NCBI RefSeq assembly: GCF_009914755.1
Contig: NC_060944.1
Direction: 5' to 3' (one strand)
Source of the DNA: the human T2T-CHM13v2.0 reference genome, Homo sapiens
DNA: 64,000 nucleotides
Translations under genes and position numbers: made by a program
Shown here: in pieces, positions 10,534 to 24,600 of the stretch
Layout of the letters: each line of letters opens with the position of its first letter
Position numbering within the stretch: position 1 is the first letter of the stretch
Notes under the pieces: model-generated
What the model saw: only the letters and a program-made list of their open reading frames with translations
What the model was told of the DNA's origin: nothing
The model's database searches: none

Positions 10534-12908
10534 TCTTCCCTTGAAAACTAGACAGAAGCATTCTCAGAAACTTATTTGTGATGTGTGCCCTCAACTGACA
10601 GTGTTGAACCTTTGTTTTGATAGAGCAGTTATGAAACACACTTTTTGTAAAATCTGCAAGAGGATATTTGGATAGCTTTGAGGATTTCGTTGGAAACGGG
10701 AATGTCTTCATGTAAACTCTAGACAGAAGCATTCTCAGAAACTGCTTTGGGATGTTTCAATTGAAGTCCCAGTGTTGAACATTCCCTTTCATAGTGCAGG
10801 TTTGAAACACTCTTTTTGTAGTATCTGGAAGTGGACATTTGGAGCGCTTTCAGGTCTACGGTGAAAAAGGAGATATCTTCCAATAAAAACTAGATAGAAG
10901 CAATGTCAGAACTTTTTTCATGATGTATCTACTCAGCAAACAGAGTTGAACCTTTCTTTTGAGAGAGCAGTTTTGAAACACTCTTTTTGTGGAATATGCA
11001 AGTGGGTATTAGGCCAGCTTAGAGGATTTCGTTGGAAACGGGAATACGTATAAAAAGCAGACAGCAGCATTGTCAGAAACTACTTTGTGGTGTTTGCATT
11101 CAAGTCACAGAATTGAACACTCCCTTTCACAGAGCAGGTTTGAAACACTCTTTTTGTAGTGTCTGTAAGTGAACATTTGGATTGCTTTCAGGCCTAAGGT
11201 GAAAAAGGAAATATCTTCCCATAAAAACTAGACAGAAGCATTCTCAGAAACTTGTTTCTGATGTGTGCCCTCTACTGACAGAGTTGAACCTTTCTTTGCA
11301 AAGAGCAGGTTTGAAACACTCTTTTTGTAGAATCTGCAAGAGGATATTTGGATAGCTTTGAGGATTTCTTGGGAAACGGGAATGTCTTCAGATAAACTCT
11401 AGACAGAAGCATTCTCAGAAACTTCTTTGGGATGTTGCATTCAAGTCACAGAGTAGAACATTCCCATTCATAGAGCAGATTTGAAACACTCTTTTTGTAG
11501 TATCTGGAAGTGGACATTTGGAGCGTTTTCAGGCCTATGTTGAAAAAGGAAATATCTTCCCATAAAAACTAGACGGAAGCATTCTCAGAAACATACTTGT
11601 GATGTGTTTGCTCAACTAACAGAATTGAACCATCGTTTTGAAGGAGCAGTTTTGAAACACTGTTTTCGTGGAATCTGCAAGTGGATATTTGGCTAGCTTT
11701 GAGGATTTCGTTGGAAACGGGATTACGTATAAAAAGGAGACAGCAGCATTCTCAGAAACTTCTTTGTGATGTCTGCATTCAAGTCACAGAGTTGAGCATT
11801 CCCTTTCATAGAGCAGGTTGGAAACACTCTTTTTGTAGTATCCGGATGAGGACATTTGGAGCGCTTTCAGGCATATGGTGAAAAAGGAAATATCTTCCCG
11901 TAAAAACTAGACAGAAGTATTCTCAGAAATTTATTTGTGATGTGTGCCCTCAACTAACAGAGTTGAACCATTCTTTTGATAGAGCAGTTTTGAAACACTC
12001 TTTTTGTAAAATCTGCAAGAGGATATTTGGATAGCTTTGAGGATTTCGTTGCAAACGGGAATGGCTTCATATAAAGTCTAGACAGAAGCATTCTCAGAAA
12101 CTTCGTTGGGATGTTTCGATTGAAGTCCCAGTGTTGAATATTCCCTTTCATAGAGCAGGTTGGAAACACTCTTTCTGCATTCCCTGGAAGTGGACATTTG
12201 GAGCGCTTTCAGGACGACGGTGAAAATGGAAATATCTTCCAATAAAATCTAGATAGAAGCAATGACAGAAACCTTTCTGTGATGGATCTACTCAGCTAAC
12301 AGAGTTGAACCTTTCTTTTGAGAGAGCAGTTTTGCAACACTCTTTTTGTGGAATATGCAAGTGGATATTAGGGGAGCTTTGAGGATTTCGTTGGAAAAGA
12401 GAATACATGTAAAACCAGACAGCAGCATTCTCAGAAACTTCATGTGATGTTTGCATTGAAGTCACAGAGTTGAACATTCCCTTTGAGAGAGCAGGTTTGA
12501 AACACGCCTTTTGTCATATCTGGAAGTGTCCATTCGGAGCGCATTCAGGCTTGTGTTGAAAAAGGAAATATCCTCCCATAAAAACTAGACAGAAGCATTC
12601 TCAGAAACTTATTTGTGATGTATGTACTCCACTAACAGAACTAAACCATCGTTTTGAAGGAGCAGTTTTGAAACACTCTTTTTGCGGAATCTGCAAGTGG
12701 ATATTTGGCTAGCTTGGGGGATTTCGTTGGAAACGGGATTACATACAAAAAGCAGACAGCAGCATTCTCAGAAACTTCTTTGTGATGTTTACATTCAAGT
12801 CACAGAGTTGAACATTCCCTTTCATAGAGCAGGTTTGAAACACTCTTTTTGTAGTATCTGGATGTGGACCTTTGGATCGCTTTCAGGCCTATGGTGAAAA
12901 AGGAAATA
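10534..12908 (+). repeat. HOR copy 5, 14-mer variant (2,375 bp)
   Basis: d3 box at 11365 is followed directly by the post-d4 monomer (GGGATGTTGCATTCAAGTCACAGAGTAGAAC). Confidence 0.93.
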
Positions 12909-15625
12909 TCTTCCCATGAAAACTAGACAGAAGCATTCTCAGAAACTTATTTGTGATGTGTGCCCTCAACTGACAGTGTTGGACCTTTGTTTTGATAGAG
13001 CAGTTCTGAAACACACTTTTTGTAAAATCTGCAAGAGGATATTTGGATAGCTTTGAGGATTTCGTTGGAAACGGGAATGTCTTCATGTAAACTCTAGACA
13101 GAAGCATTCTCAGAAACTGCTTTGGGATGTTTCAATTGAAGTCCCAGTGTTGAACATTCCCTTTCATAGAGCAGGTTTGAAACACTCTTTTTGTACTATC
13201 TGGAAGTGGACATTTGGAGCGCTTTCAGGTCTACGGTGAAAAAGGAGATATCTTCCAATAAAAACTAGATAGAAGCAATGTCAGAAGTTTTTTCATGATG
13301 TATCTACTCAGCAAACAGAGTTGAACCTTTCTTTTGAGAGAGCAGTTTTGAAACACTCTTTTTGTGGAATATGCAAGTGGGTATTAGGCCAGCTTGGAGG
13401 ATTTCGTTGGAAACGGGAATACGTATAAAAAGCAGACAGCAGCATTGTCAGTAACTACTTTGTGATGTTTGCATTCAAGTCACAGAATTGAACACTCCCT
13501 TTCACAGAGCAGGTTTGAAACACTCTTTTTGTAGTGTCTGTAAGTGAACATTTGGATTGCTTTCAGGCCTAAGGTGAAAAAGGAAATATCTTCCTATAAA
13601 AACTAAACAGAAGCATTCTCAGAAACTTGTTTGTGATGTGTGCCCTCTACTGACAGAGTTGAACCTTTCTTTGCAAAGAGCAGTTTTGAAACACTCTTTT
13701 TGTAGAATCTGCAAGAGGATATCTGGATAGCTTTGAGGATTTCTTGGGAAACGGGAATGTCTTCAGATAAACTCTAGACAGAAGCATTCTCAGATACTTC
13801 TTTGGGATGTTTCAATTGAAGTCACAGTGTTGAACATTCCCTTTCACAGAGCAGGTTTGAAACACTCTTTTTGTAGTGTCTATAAGTGAACATTTGGCGT
13901 GCTTTCAGGCCTAACGTGAAAAAGGAACTATGTTCCCATAAAAACTAGACAGAAGCATTCTCAGAAACTTGTTCGTGATGTGTGCCCTCTACTGACAGAG
14001 TTGAACCTTTCTTTGCAAAGAGCAGCTTTGAAACACTCTTTTTGTAGGATCTGCAAGAGGATATTTGGATAGCTTTGAGGATTTCGTTGCAAACGGGTAT
14101 GTCTTCAGATAAACTCTAGACAGAAGCATTCTCAGAAACTTCTTTGGGATGTTGCATTCAAGTCACAGAGTAGAACATTCCCATTCATAGAGCAGATTTG
14201 AAACACTCTTTTTGTAGTATCTGGAAGTGGACATTTGGAGCGCTTTCAGGCCTATGTTGAAAAAGGAAATATCTTCCCATAAAAACTAGACGGAAGCATT
14301 CTCAGAAACTTACTTGTGATGTGTTTGCTCAACTAACAGAATTGAACCATCGTTTTGAAGGAGCAGTTTTGAAACACTGTTTTCGTGGAATCTGCAAGTG
14401 GATATTTGGCTAGCTTTGAGGATTTCGTTGGAAACGGGATTACGTATAAAAAGGAGACAGCAGCATTCTCAGAAACTACTTTGTGATGTCTGCATTCAAG
14501 TCACAGAGTTGAGCATTCCCTTTCATAGAGCAGGTTGGAAACACTCTTTTTGTAGTATCTGGATGAGGACATTTGGAGCGCTTTCAGGCGTATGGTGAAA
14601 AAGGAAATATCTTCCCGTAAAAACTAGACAGAAGTATTCTCAGAAATTTATTTGTGATGTGTGCCCTCAACTAACAGAGTTGAACCATTCATTTGATAGA
14701 GCAGTTTTGAAACACTCTTTTTGTAAAATCTGCAAGAGGATATTTGGATAGCTTTGAGGATTTCGTTGCAAACGGGAATGGCTTCATATAAAGTCTAGAC
14801 AGAATCATTCTCAGAAACTTCGTTGGGATGTTTCGATTGAAGTCCCAGTGTTGAACATTCCCTTTCATAGAGCAGGTTGGAAACACTCTTTCTGCATTCC
14901 CTGGAAGTGGACATTTGGAGCGCTTTCAGGACGACGGTGAAAATGGAAATATCTTCCAATAAAATCTAGATAGAAGCAATGACAGAAACCTTTCTGTGAT
15001 GGATCTACTCAGCTAACAGAGTTGAACCTTTCTTTTGAGAGAGCAGTTTTGCAACACTCTTTTTGTGGAATATGCAAGTGGATATTACGGCAGCTTTGAG
15101 GATTTCGTTGGAAAAGAGAATACATGTAAAACCAGACAGCAGCATTCTCAGAAACTTCATGTGATGTTTGCATTGAAGTCATAGAGTTGAACATTCCCTT
15201 TGAGAGAGCAGGTTTGAAACACGCCTTTTGTCATATCTGGAAGTGTCCATTCGGAGCGCATTCAGGCTTGTGTTGAAAAAGGAAATATCCTCCCATAAAA
15301 ACTAGACAGAAGCATTCTCAGAAACTTATTTGTGATGTATGTTCTCCACTAACAGAACTAAACCATCGTTTTGAAGGAGCAGTTTTGAAACACTCTTTTT
15401 GCGGAATCTGCAAGTGGATATTTGGCTAGCTTGGGGGATTTCGTTGGAAACGGGATTACATACAAAAAGCAGACAGCAGTATTCTCAGAAACTTCTTTGT
15501 GATGTTTACATTCAAGTCACAGAGTTGAACATTCCCTTTCATAGAGCAGGTTTGAAACACTCTTTTTGTAGTATCTGGATGTGGACCTTTGGATCGCTTT
15601 CAGGCCTATGGTGAAAAAGGAAATA
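12909..15625 (+). repeat. HOR copy 6, canonical 16-mer (2,717 bp)
   Basis: d1-d8 present; two 1-bp deletions shared with copy 5 around d7. Confidence 0.92.
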
Positions 15626-18600
15626 TCTTCCCATGAAAACTAGACAGAAGCATTCTCAGAAACTTATTTGTGATGTGTGCCCTCAACTGACAGTGTTGGA
15701 CCTTTGTTTTGATAGAGCAGTTCTGAAACACACTTTTTGTAAAATCTGCAAGAGGATATTTGGATAGCTTTGAGGATTTCGTTGGAAACGGGAATGTCTT
15801 CATGTAAACTCTAGACAGAAGCATTCTCAGAAACTGCTTTGGGATGTTTCAATTGAAGTCCCAGTGTTGAACATTCCCTTTCATAGAGCAGGTTTGAAAC
15901 ACTCTTTTTGTACTATCTGGAAGTGGACATTTGGAGCGCTTTCAGGTCTACGGTGAAAAAGGAGATATCTTCCAATAAAAACTAGATAGAAGCAATGTCA
16001 GAAGTTTTTTCATGATGTATCTACTCAGCAAACAGAGTTGAAACTTTCTTTTGAGAGAGCAGTTTTGAAACACTCTTTTTGTGGAATATGCAAGTGGGTA
16101 TTAGGCCAGCTTGGAGGATTTCGTTGGAAACGGGAATACGTATAAAAAGCAGACAGCAGCATTGTCAGAAACTACTTTGTGATGTTTGCATTCAAGTCAC
16201 AGAATTGAACACTCCCTTTCACAGAGCAGGTTTGAAACACTCTTTTTGTAGTGTCTGTAAGTGAACATTTGGATTGCTTTCAGGCCTAAGGTGAAAAAGG
16301 AAATATCTTCCCATAAAAACTAGACAGAAGCATTCTCAGAAACTTGTTTGTGATGTGTGCCCTCTACTGACAGAGTTGAACCTTTCTTTGCAAAGAGCAG
16401 TTTTGAAACACTCTTTTTGTAGAATCTGCAAGAGGATATTTGGATAGCTTTGAGGATTTCTTGGGAAACGGGAATGTCTTCAGATAAACTCTAGACAGAA
16501 GCATTCTCAGAAACTTCTTTGGGATGTTTCAATTGAAGTCACAGTGTTGAACATTCCCTTTCACAGAGCAGGTTTGAAACACTCTTTTTGTAGTGTCTAT
16601 AAGTGAACATTTGGCGTGCTTTCAGGCCTAACGTGAAAAAGGAAATATCTTCCCATAAAAACTAGACAGAAGCATTCTCAGAAACTTGTTCGTGATGTGT
16701 GCCCTCTACTGACAGAGTTGAACCTTTCTTTGCAAAGAGCAGTTTTGAAACACTCTTTTTGTAGAATCTGCAAGAGGATATCTGGATAGCTTTGAGGATT
16801 TCTTGGGAAACGGGAATGTCTTCAGATAAACTCTAGACAGAAGCATTCTCAGAAACTTCTTTGGGATGTTTCAATTGAAGTCAAAATGTTGAACATTCCC
16901 TTTCACAGAGCAGGTTTGAAACACTCTTTTTGTAGTGTCTATAAGTGAACATTTGGCGTGCTTTCAGGCCTAACGTGAAAAAGGAACTATGTTCCCATAA
17001 AAACTAGACAGAAGCATTCTCAGAAACTTGTTCGTGATGTGTGCCCTCTACTGACAGAGTTGAACCTTTCTTTGTAAAGAGCAGCTTTGAAACACTCTTT
17101 TTGTAGAATCTGCAAGAGGATATTTGGATAGCTTTGAGGATTTCGTTGCAAACGGGTATGTCTTCAGATAAACTCTAGACAGAAGCATTCTCAGAAACTT
17201 CTTTGGGATGTTGCATTCAAGTCACAGAGTAGAACATTCCCATTCATAGAGCAGATTTGAAACACTCTTTTTGTAGTATCTGGAAGTGGACATTTGGAGC
17301 GCTTTCAGGCCTATGTTGAAAAAGGAAATATCTTCCCAGAAAAACTAGACGGAAGCATTTTCAGAAACTTACCTGTGATGTGTTTGCTCAACTAACAGAA
17401 TTGAACCATCGTTTTGAAGGAGCAGTTTTGAAACACTGTTTTCGTGGAATCTGCAAGTGGATATTTGGCTAGCTTTGAGGATTTCGTTGGAAACGGGATT
17501 ACATATAAAACGGAGACAGCAGCATTCTCAGAAACTTCTTTGTGATGTCTGCATTCAAGTCACAGAGTTGAGCATTCCCTTTCATAGAGCAGGTTGGAAA
17601 CACTCTTTTTGTAGTATCTGGATGAGGACATTTGGAGCGCTTTCAGGCGTATGGTGAAAAAGGAAATATCTTCCCGTAAAAACTAGACAGAAGCATTCTC
17701 AGAAATTTATTTGTGATGTGTGCCCTCAACTAACAGAGTTGAACCTTTCTTTTGATAGAGCAGTTTTGAAACACTCTTTTTGTAAAATCTTCAAGAGGAT
17801 ATTTGGATAGCTTTGAGGATTTCGTTGCAAACGGGAATGGCTTCATATAAACTCTAGACGGAAGCATTCTCAGAAACTTCGTTGGGATGTTTCGATTGAA
17901 GCCCCAGTGTTGAACATTCCCTTTTATAGAGCAGGTTGGAAACACTCTTTCTGCATTCCCTGGAAGTGGACATTTGGAGCGCTTTCAGGACGACGGTGAA
18001 AATGGAAATATCTTCCAATAAAATCTAGATAGAAGCAATGTCAGAAACTTTTCTGTGATGGATCTACTCAGCTAACAGAGTTGAAACTTTCTTTTGAGAG
18101 AGCAGTTTTGCAACACTCTTTTTGTGGAATATGCAAGTGGATATTAGGGCAGCTTTGAGGATTTCGTTGGAAAAGGGAATACATGTAAAAAGCAGACAGC
18201 AGCATTCTCAGAAACTTCTTTGTGATGTTTGCATTGAAGTCACAGAGTTGAACATTCCCTTTGAGAGAGCAGGTTTGAAACACGCCTTTTGTCATATCTG
18301 GAAGTGTCCATTTGGAGCGCATTCAGGCTTGTGTTGAAAAAGGAAATATCCTCCCATAAAAACTAGACAGAAGCATTCTCAGAAACTTATTTGTGATGTA
18401 TGAACTCAACTAACAGAACTAAACCATCGTTTTGAAGGAGCAGTTTTGAAACACTGTTTTTGCGGGATCTGCAACTGGATATTTGGCTAGCTTGGAGGAT
18501 TTCGTTGGAAACGGGATTACATACAAAAAGCAGACAGCAGCATTCTCAGAAACTTCTTTGTGATGTTTGCATTCAAGTCACAGAGTTGAACATTCCCTTT

Positions 18601-18686
18601 CATAGAACAGGTTTGAAACACTCTTTTTGTAGTATCTGGATGTGGACATTTGGATCGCTTTCAGGCCTATGGTGAAAAAGGAAATA
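15626..18686 (+). repeat. HOR copy 7, 18-mer variant (3,061 bp)
   Basis: Two d3 boxes (16457 and 16799, 342 bp apart) precede d4; length equals 2,719 + 342. Confidence 0.94.
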
Positions 18687-21600
18687 TCTTCCCATGAAAA
18701 CTAGACAGAAGCATTCTCAGAAACTTATTTGTGATGTGTGCCCTCAACTGACAGTGTTGAACCTTTCTTTTGATAGAGCAGTTCTGAAACACACTTTTTG
18801 TAAAATCTGCAAGAGGATATTTGGATAGCTTTGAGGATTTCGTTGGAAACGGGAATGTCTTCATGTAAACTCTTGACAGAAGCATTCTCAGAAACTGCTT
18901 TGGGATGTTTCAATTGAAGTCCCAGTGTTGAACATTCCCTTTCATAGAGCAGGTTTGAAACACTCTTTTTGTAGTATCTGGAAGTGGACATTTGGAGCGC
19001 TTTCAGGTCTACGGTGAAAAAGGAGATATCTTCCAATAAAAACTAGATAGAAGCAATGTCAGAACTTTTTTCATGATGTATCTACTCAGCAAACAGAGTT
19101 GAACCTTTCTTTTGAGAGAGCAGTTTTGAAACACTCTTTTTGTGGAATATGCAAGTGGGTATTAGGCCAGCTTGGAGGATTTCGTTGGAAACGGGAATAC
19201 GTATAAAAAGCAGACAGCAGCATTGTCAGAAACTACTTTGTGATGTTTGCATTCAAGTCACAGAATTGAACACTCCCTTTCACAGAGCAGGTTTGAAACA
19301 CTCTTTTTGTAGTGTCGGTAAGTGAACATTTGGATTGCTTTCAGGCCTAAGGTGAAAAAGGAAATATCTTCCCATAAAAACTAGACAGAAGCATTCTCAG
19401 AAACTTGTTTGTGATGTGTGCCCTCTACTGACAGAGTTGAACCTTTCTTTGCAAAGAGCAGTTTTGAAACCCTCTTTTTGTAGAATCTGCAAGAGGATAT
19501 TTGGATAGATTTGAGGATTTCTTGGGAAACGGGAATGTCTTCAGATAAACTCTAGACAGAAGCATTCTCAGAAACTTCTTTGGGATGTTTCAATTGAAGT
19601 CACAGTGTTGAACATTCCCTTTCACAGAGCAGGTTTGAAACACTCTTTTTGTAGTGTCTATAAGTGAACATTTGGCGTGCTTTCAGGCCTAACGTGAAAA
19701 AGGAACTATCTTCCCATAAAAACTAGACAGAAGCATTCTCAGAAACTTGTTTGTGATGTGTGCCCTCTACTGACAGAGTTGAACCTTTCTTTGCAAAGAG
19801 CAGCTTTGGAACACTCTTTTTGTAGAATCTGCAAGAGGATATTTGGATAGCTTTGAGGATTTCGTTGGAAATGGGTATGTCTTCAGATAAACTCTAGACA
19901 GAAGCATTCTCAGAAACTTCTTTGGGATGTTGCATTCAAGTCACAGAGTAGAACATTCCCATTCATAGAGCAGATTTGAAACACTCTTTTTGTAGTATCT
20001 GGAAGTGGACATTTGGAGCGCTTTCAGGCCTATGTTGAAAAAGGAAATATCTTCCCATAAAAACTGGACGGAAGCGTTCTCAGAAACTTACTTGTGATGT
20101 GTTTGCTCAACTAACAGAATTGAACCATCGTTTTGAAGGAGCAGTTTTGAAACACTGTTTTCGTGGAATCTGCAAGTGGATATTTGGCTAGCTTTGAGGA
20201 TGTCGTTGGAAACGGGATTACATATAAAAAAGGAGACAGCAGCATTCTCAGAAACTTCTTTGTGATGTCTGCATTCAAGTCACAGAGTTGAGCATTCCCT
20301 TTCATAGAGCAGGTTGGAAACACTCTTTTTGTAGTATCTGGATGAGGACATTTGGAGCGATTTCAGGCGTATGGTGAAAAAGGAAATATCTTCCCGTAAA
20401 AACTAGACAGAAGCATTCTCAGAAATTTATTTGTGATGTGTGCCCTCAACTAACAGAGTTGAACCTTTCTTTTGATAGAGCAGTTTTGAAACACTCTTTT
20501 TGTAAAATCTGCAAGAGGATATTTGGATAGCTTTGAGGATTTCGTTGCAAACGGGAATGGCTTCATATAAACTCTAGACGGAAGCATTCTCAGAAACTTC
20601 GTTGGGATGTTTCGATTGAAGTCCCAGTGTTGAACATTCCCTTTTATAGAGCAGGTTGGAAACATTCTTTCTGCATTCCGTGGAAGTGGACATTTGGAGC
20701 GCTTTTAGGACGACGGTGAAAATGGAAATATCTTCCAATAAAATCTAGATAGAAGCAATGTCAGAAACCTTTCTGTGATGGATCTACTCAGCTAACAGAG
20801 TTGAACCTTTCTTTTGAGAGAGCAGTTTTGCAACACTCTTTTTGTGGAATATGCAAGTGGATATTAGGGCAGCTTTGAGGATTTCGTTGGAAACGGGGAT
20901 ACATGTAAAAAGCAGACAGCAGCATTCTCAGAAACTTCTTTGTGATGTTTGCATTGAAGTCACAGAGTTGAACATTCCCTTTGAGAGAGCAGGTTTGAAA
21001 CACGCCTTTTGTCATATCTGGAAGTGTCCATTCGGAGCGCATTCAGGCTTGTGTTGAAAAAGGAAATATCCTCCCATAAAAACTAGACAGAAGCATTCTC
21101 AGAAACTTATTTGTGATGTATGAACTCAACTAACAGAACTAAATCATCGTTTTGAAGGAGCAGTTTTGAAACACTCTTTTTGCGGAATCTGCAACTGGAT
21201 ATTTGGCTAGCTTGGAGGATTTCGTTGGAAACGGGATTACATACAAGAAGCAGACAGCAGCATTCTCAGAAACTTCTTTGTGATGTTTGCATTCAAGTCA
21301 CAGAGTTGAACATTCCCTTTCATAGAGCAGGTTTGAAACACTCTTTTTGTAGTATCTGGATGTGGACATTTGGATCGCTTTCAGGCCTATGGTGGAAAAG
21401 GAAATATCTTCCCATGAAAACTAGACAGAAGCATTCTCAGAAACTTATTTGTGATGTGTGCCCTCAACTGCCAGTGTTGAACCTTTGTTTTGATAGAGCA
21501 GTTCTGAAACACACTTTTTGTAAAATCTGCAAGAGGATATTTGGATAGCTTTGAGGATTTCATTGGAAACGGGAATGTCTTCATGTAAACTCTAGACAGA

Positions 21601-24600
21601 AGCATTCTCAGAAACTGCTTTGGGATGTTTCAATTGAAGTCCCAGTGTTGAACATTCCCTTTCATAGAGCAGGTTTGAAACACTCTTTTTGTAGTATCTG
21701 GAAGTGGACATTTGGAGCGCTTTCAGGTCTACGGTGAAAAAGGAGATATCTTCCAATAAAAACTAGATAGAAGCAATGTCAGAAATTTTTTCATGATGTA
21801 TCTTCTGAGCAAACAGAGCTGAACCTTTCTTTTGAGAGAGCAGTTTTGAAACACTCTTTTTGTGGAATATGCAAGTGGGTATTAGGCCAGCTTGGAGGAT
21901 TTCGTTGGAAACGGGAATACGTATAAAAAGCAGACAGCAGCATTGTCAGAAACTACTTTGTGATGTTTGCATTCAAGTCACAGAATTGAACACTCCCTTT
22001 CACAGAGCAGGTTTGAAACACTCTTTTTGTAGTGTCTGTAAGTGAACATTTGGATTGATTTCAGGCCTAAGGTGAAAAAGGAAATATCTTCCCATAAAAA
22101 CTAGACAGAAGCATTCTCAGAAACTTGTTTGTGATGTGTGCCCTCTACTGACAGAGTTGAACCTTTCTTTGCAAAGAGCAGTTTTGAAACACTCTTTTTG
22201 TAAAATCTGCAAGAGGATATTTGGATAGCTTTGAGGATTTCTTGGGAAACGGGAATGTCTTCAGATAAACTCTAGACAGAAGCATTCTCAGAAACTTCTT
22301 TGGGATGTTTCAATTGAAGTCACAGTGTTGAACATTCCCTTTCACAGAGCAGGTTTGAAACACTCTTTTTGTAGTGTCTATAAGTGAACATTTGGCGTGC
22401 TTTCAGGCCTAACGTGAAAAAGGAACTATCTTCCCATAAAAACCAGACAGAAGCATTCTCAGAAACTTGTTTGTGATGTGTGCCCTCTACTGACAGAGTT
22501 GAACCTTTCTTTGCAAAGAGCAGCTTTGAAACACACTTTTTGTAGAATCTGCAAGAGGATATTTGGATAGCTTTGAGGATTTCGTTGGAAACGGGTATGT
22601 CTTCAGATAAACTCTAGACAGAAGCATTCTCAGAAACTTCTTTGGGATGTTGCATTCAAGTCACAGAGTAGAACATTCCCATTCATAGAGCAGATTTGAA
22701 ACTCTCTTTTTCTAGTATCTGGAAGTGGACATTTGGAGCGCTTTCAGGCCTATGTTGAAAAAGGAAATATCTTCCCATAAAAACTAGACGGAAGCATTCT
22801 CAGAAACTTACTTGTGATGTGTTTGCTCAACTAACAGAATTGAACCATCGTTTTGAAGGAGCAGTTTTGAAACACTGTTTTCGTGGAATCTGCAAGTGGA
22901 TATTTGGCTAGCTTTGAGGATTTCGTTGGAAACGGGATTACATATAAAACGGAGACAGCAGCATTCTCAGAAACTTCTTTGTGATGTCTGCATTCAAGTC
23001 ACAGAGTTGAGCATTCCCTTTCATAGAGCAGGTTGGAAACACTCTTTTTGTAGTATCTGGATGAGGACATTTGGAGCGCTTTCAGGCGTATGGTGAAAAA
23101 GGAAATATCTTCCCGTAAAAACTAGACAGAAACATTCTCAGAAATTTATTTGTGATGTGTGCCCTCAACTAACAGAGTTGAACCTTTCTTTTGATAGAGC
23201 AGTTTTGAAACACTCTTTTTGTAAAATCTGCAAGAGGATATTTGGATAGCTTTGAGGATCTCGTTGCAAACGGGAATGGCTTCATATAAACTCTAGACAG
23301 AAGCATTCTCAGAAACTTCGTTGGGATGTTTCGATTGAAGTCCCAGTGTTGAACATTCCCTTTTATAGAGCAGGTTGGAAACACTCTTTCTGCATTCCCT
23401 GGAAGTGGACATTTGGAGCGCTTTCAGGACGACGGTGAAAATAGAAATATCTTCCAATAAAATCTAGATAGAAGCAATGTCAGAAACTTTTCTGTGATGG
23501 ATCTACTCAGCTAACAGAGTTGAACCTTTCTTTTGACAGAGCAGTTTTGCAACACTCTTTTTGTGGAATATGCAAGTGGATATTAGGGCAGCTTTGAGGA
23601 TTTCGTTGGAAACGGGAATACATGTAAAAAGCAGACAGCAGCATTCTCAGAAACTTCTTTGTGATGTTTGCATTGAAGTCACAGAGTTGAACATTCCCTT
23701 TGAGAGAGCAGGTTTGAAACACGCCTTTTGTCATATCTGGAAGTGTCCATTCGGAGCGCATTCAGGCTTGTGTTGAAAAAGGAAATATCCTCCCATAAAA
23801 ACTAGACAGAAGCATTCTCAGAAACTTATTTGTGATGTATGAACTCAACTAACAGAACTAAACCATCGTTTTGAAGGAGCAGTTTTGAAACACTCTTTTT
23901 GCGGAATCTGCAAGTGGATATTTGGCTAGCTTGGAGGATTTCGTTGGAAATGGGATTACATACAAAAAGCAGACAGCAGCATTCTCAGAAACTTCTTTGT
24001 GATGTTTGCATTCAAGTCACAGAGTTGAACATTCCCTTTCATAGAGCAGGTTTGAAACACTCTTTTTGTAGTATCTGGATGTGGACATTTGGATCGCTTT
24101 CAGGCCTACGGTGAAAAAGGAAATATCTTCCCATGAAAACTAGACAGAAGCATTCTCAGAAACTTATTTGTGATGTGTGCCCTCAACTGACAGTGTTGAA
24201 CCTTTGTTTTGATAGAGCAGTTCTGAAACACACTTTTTGTAAAATCTGCAAGAGGATATTTGGATAGCTTTGAGGATTTCGTTGGAAACGGGAATGTCTT
24301 CATGTAAACTCTAGACAGAAGCATTCTCAGAAACTGCTTTGGGATGTTTCAATTGAAGTCCCAGTGTTGAACATTCCCTTTCATAGAGCAGGTTTGAAAC
24401 ACTCTTTTTGTAGTATCTGGAAGTGGACATTTGGAGCGCTTTCAGGTCTACGGTGAAAAAGGAGATATCTTCCAATAAAAACTAGATAGAAGCAATGTCA
24501 GAACTTTTTTCATGATGTATCTACTCAGCAAACAGAGTTGAACCTTTCTTTTGAGAGAGCAGTTTTGAAACACTCTTTTTGTGGAATATGCAAGTGGGTA

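Noticed and set aside
21180-21548. Longer ORFs (122 aa here; 132 aa at 7053-7451; 131 aa at 48897-49292)
   Set aside because: They result from single substitutions that remove a stop codon (e.g. GGTGAAAA to GGTGGAAA near 21395) and join neighbouring satellite frames.
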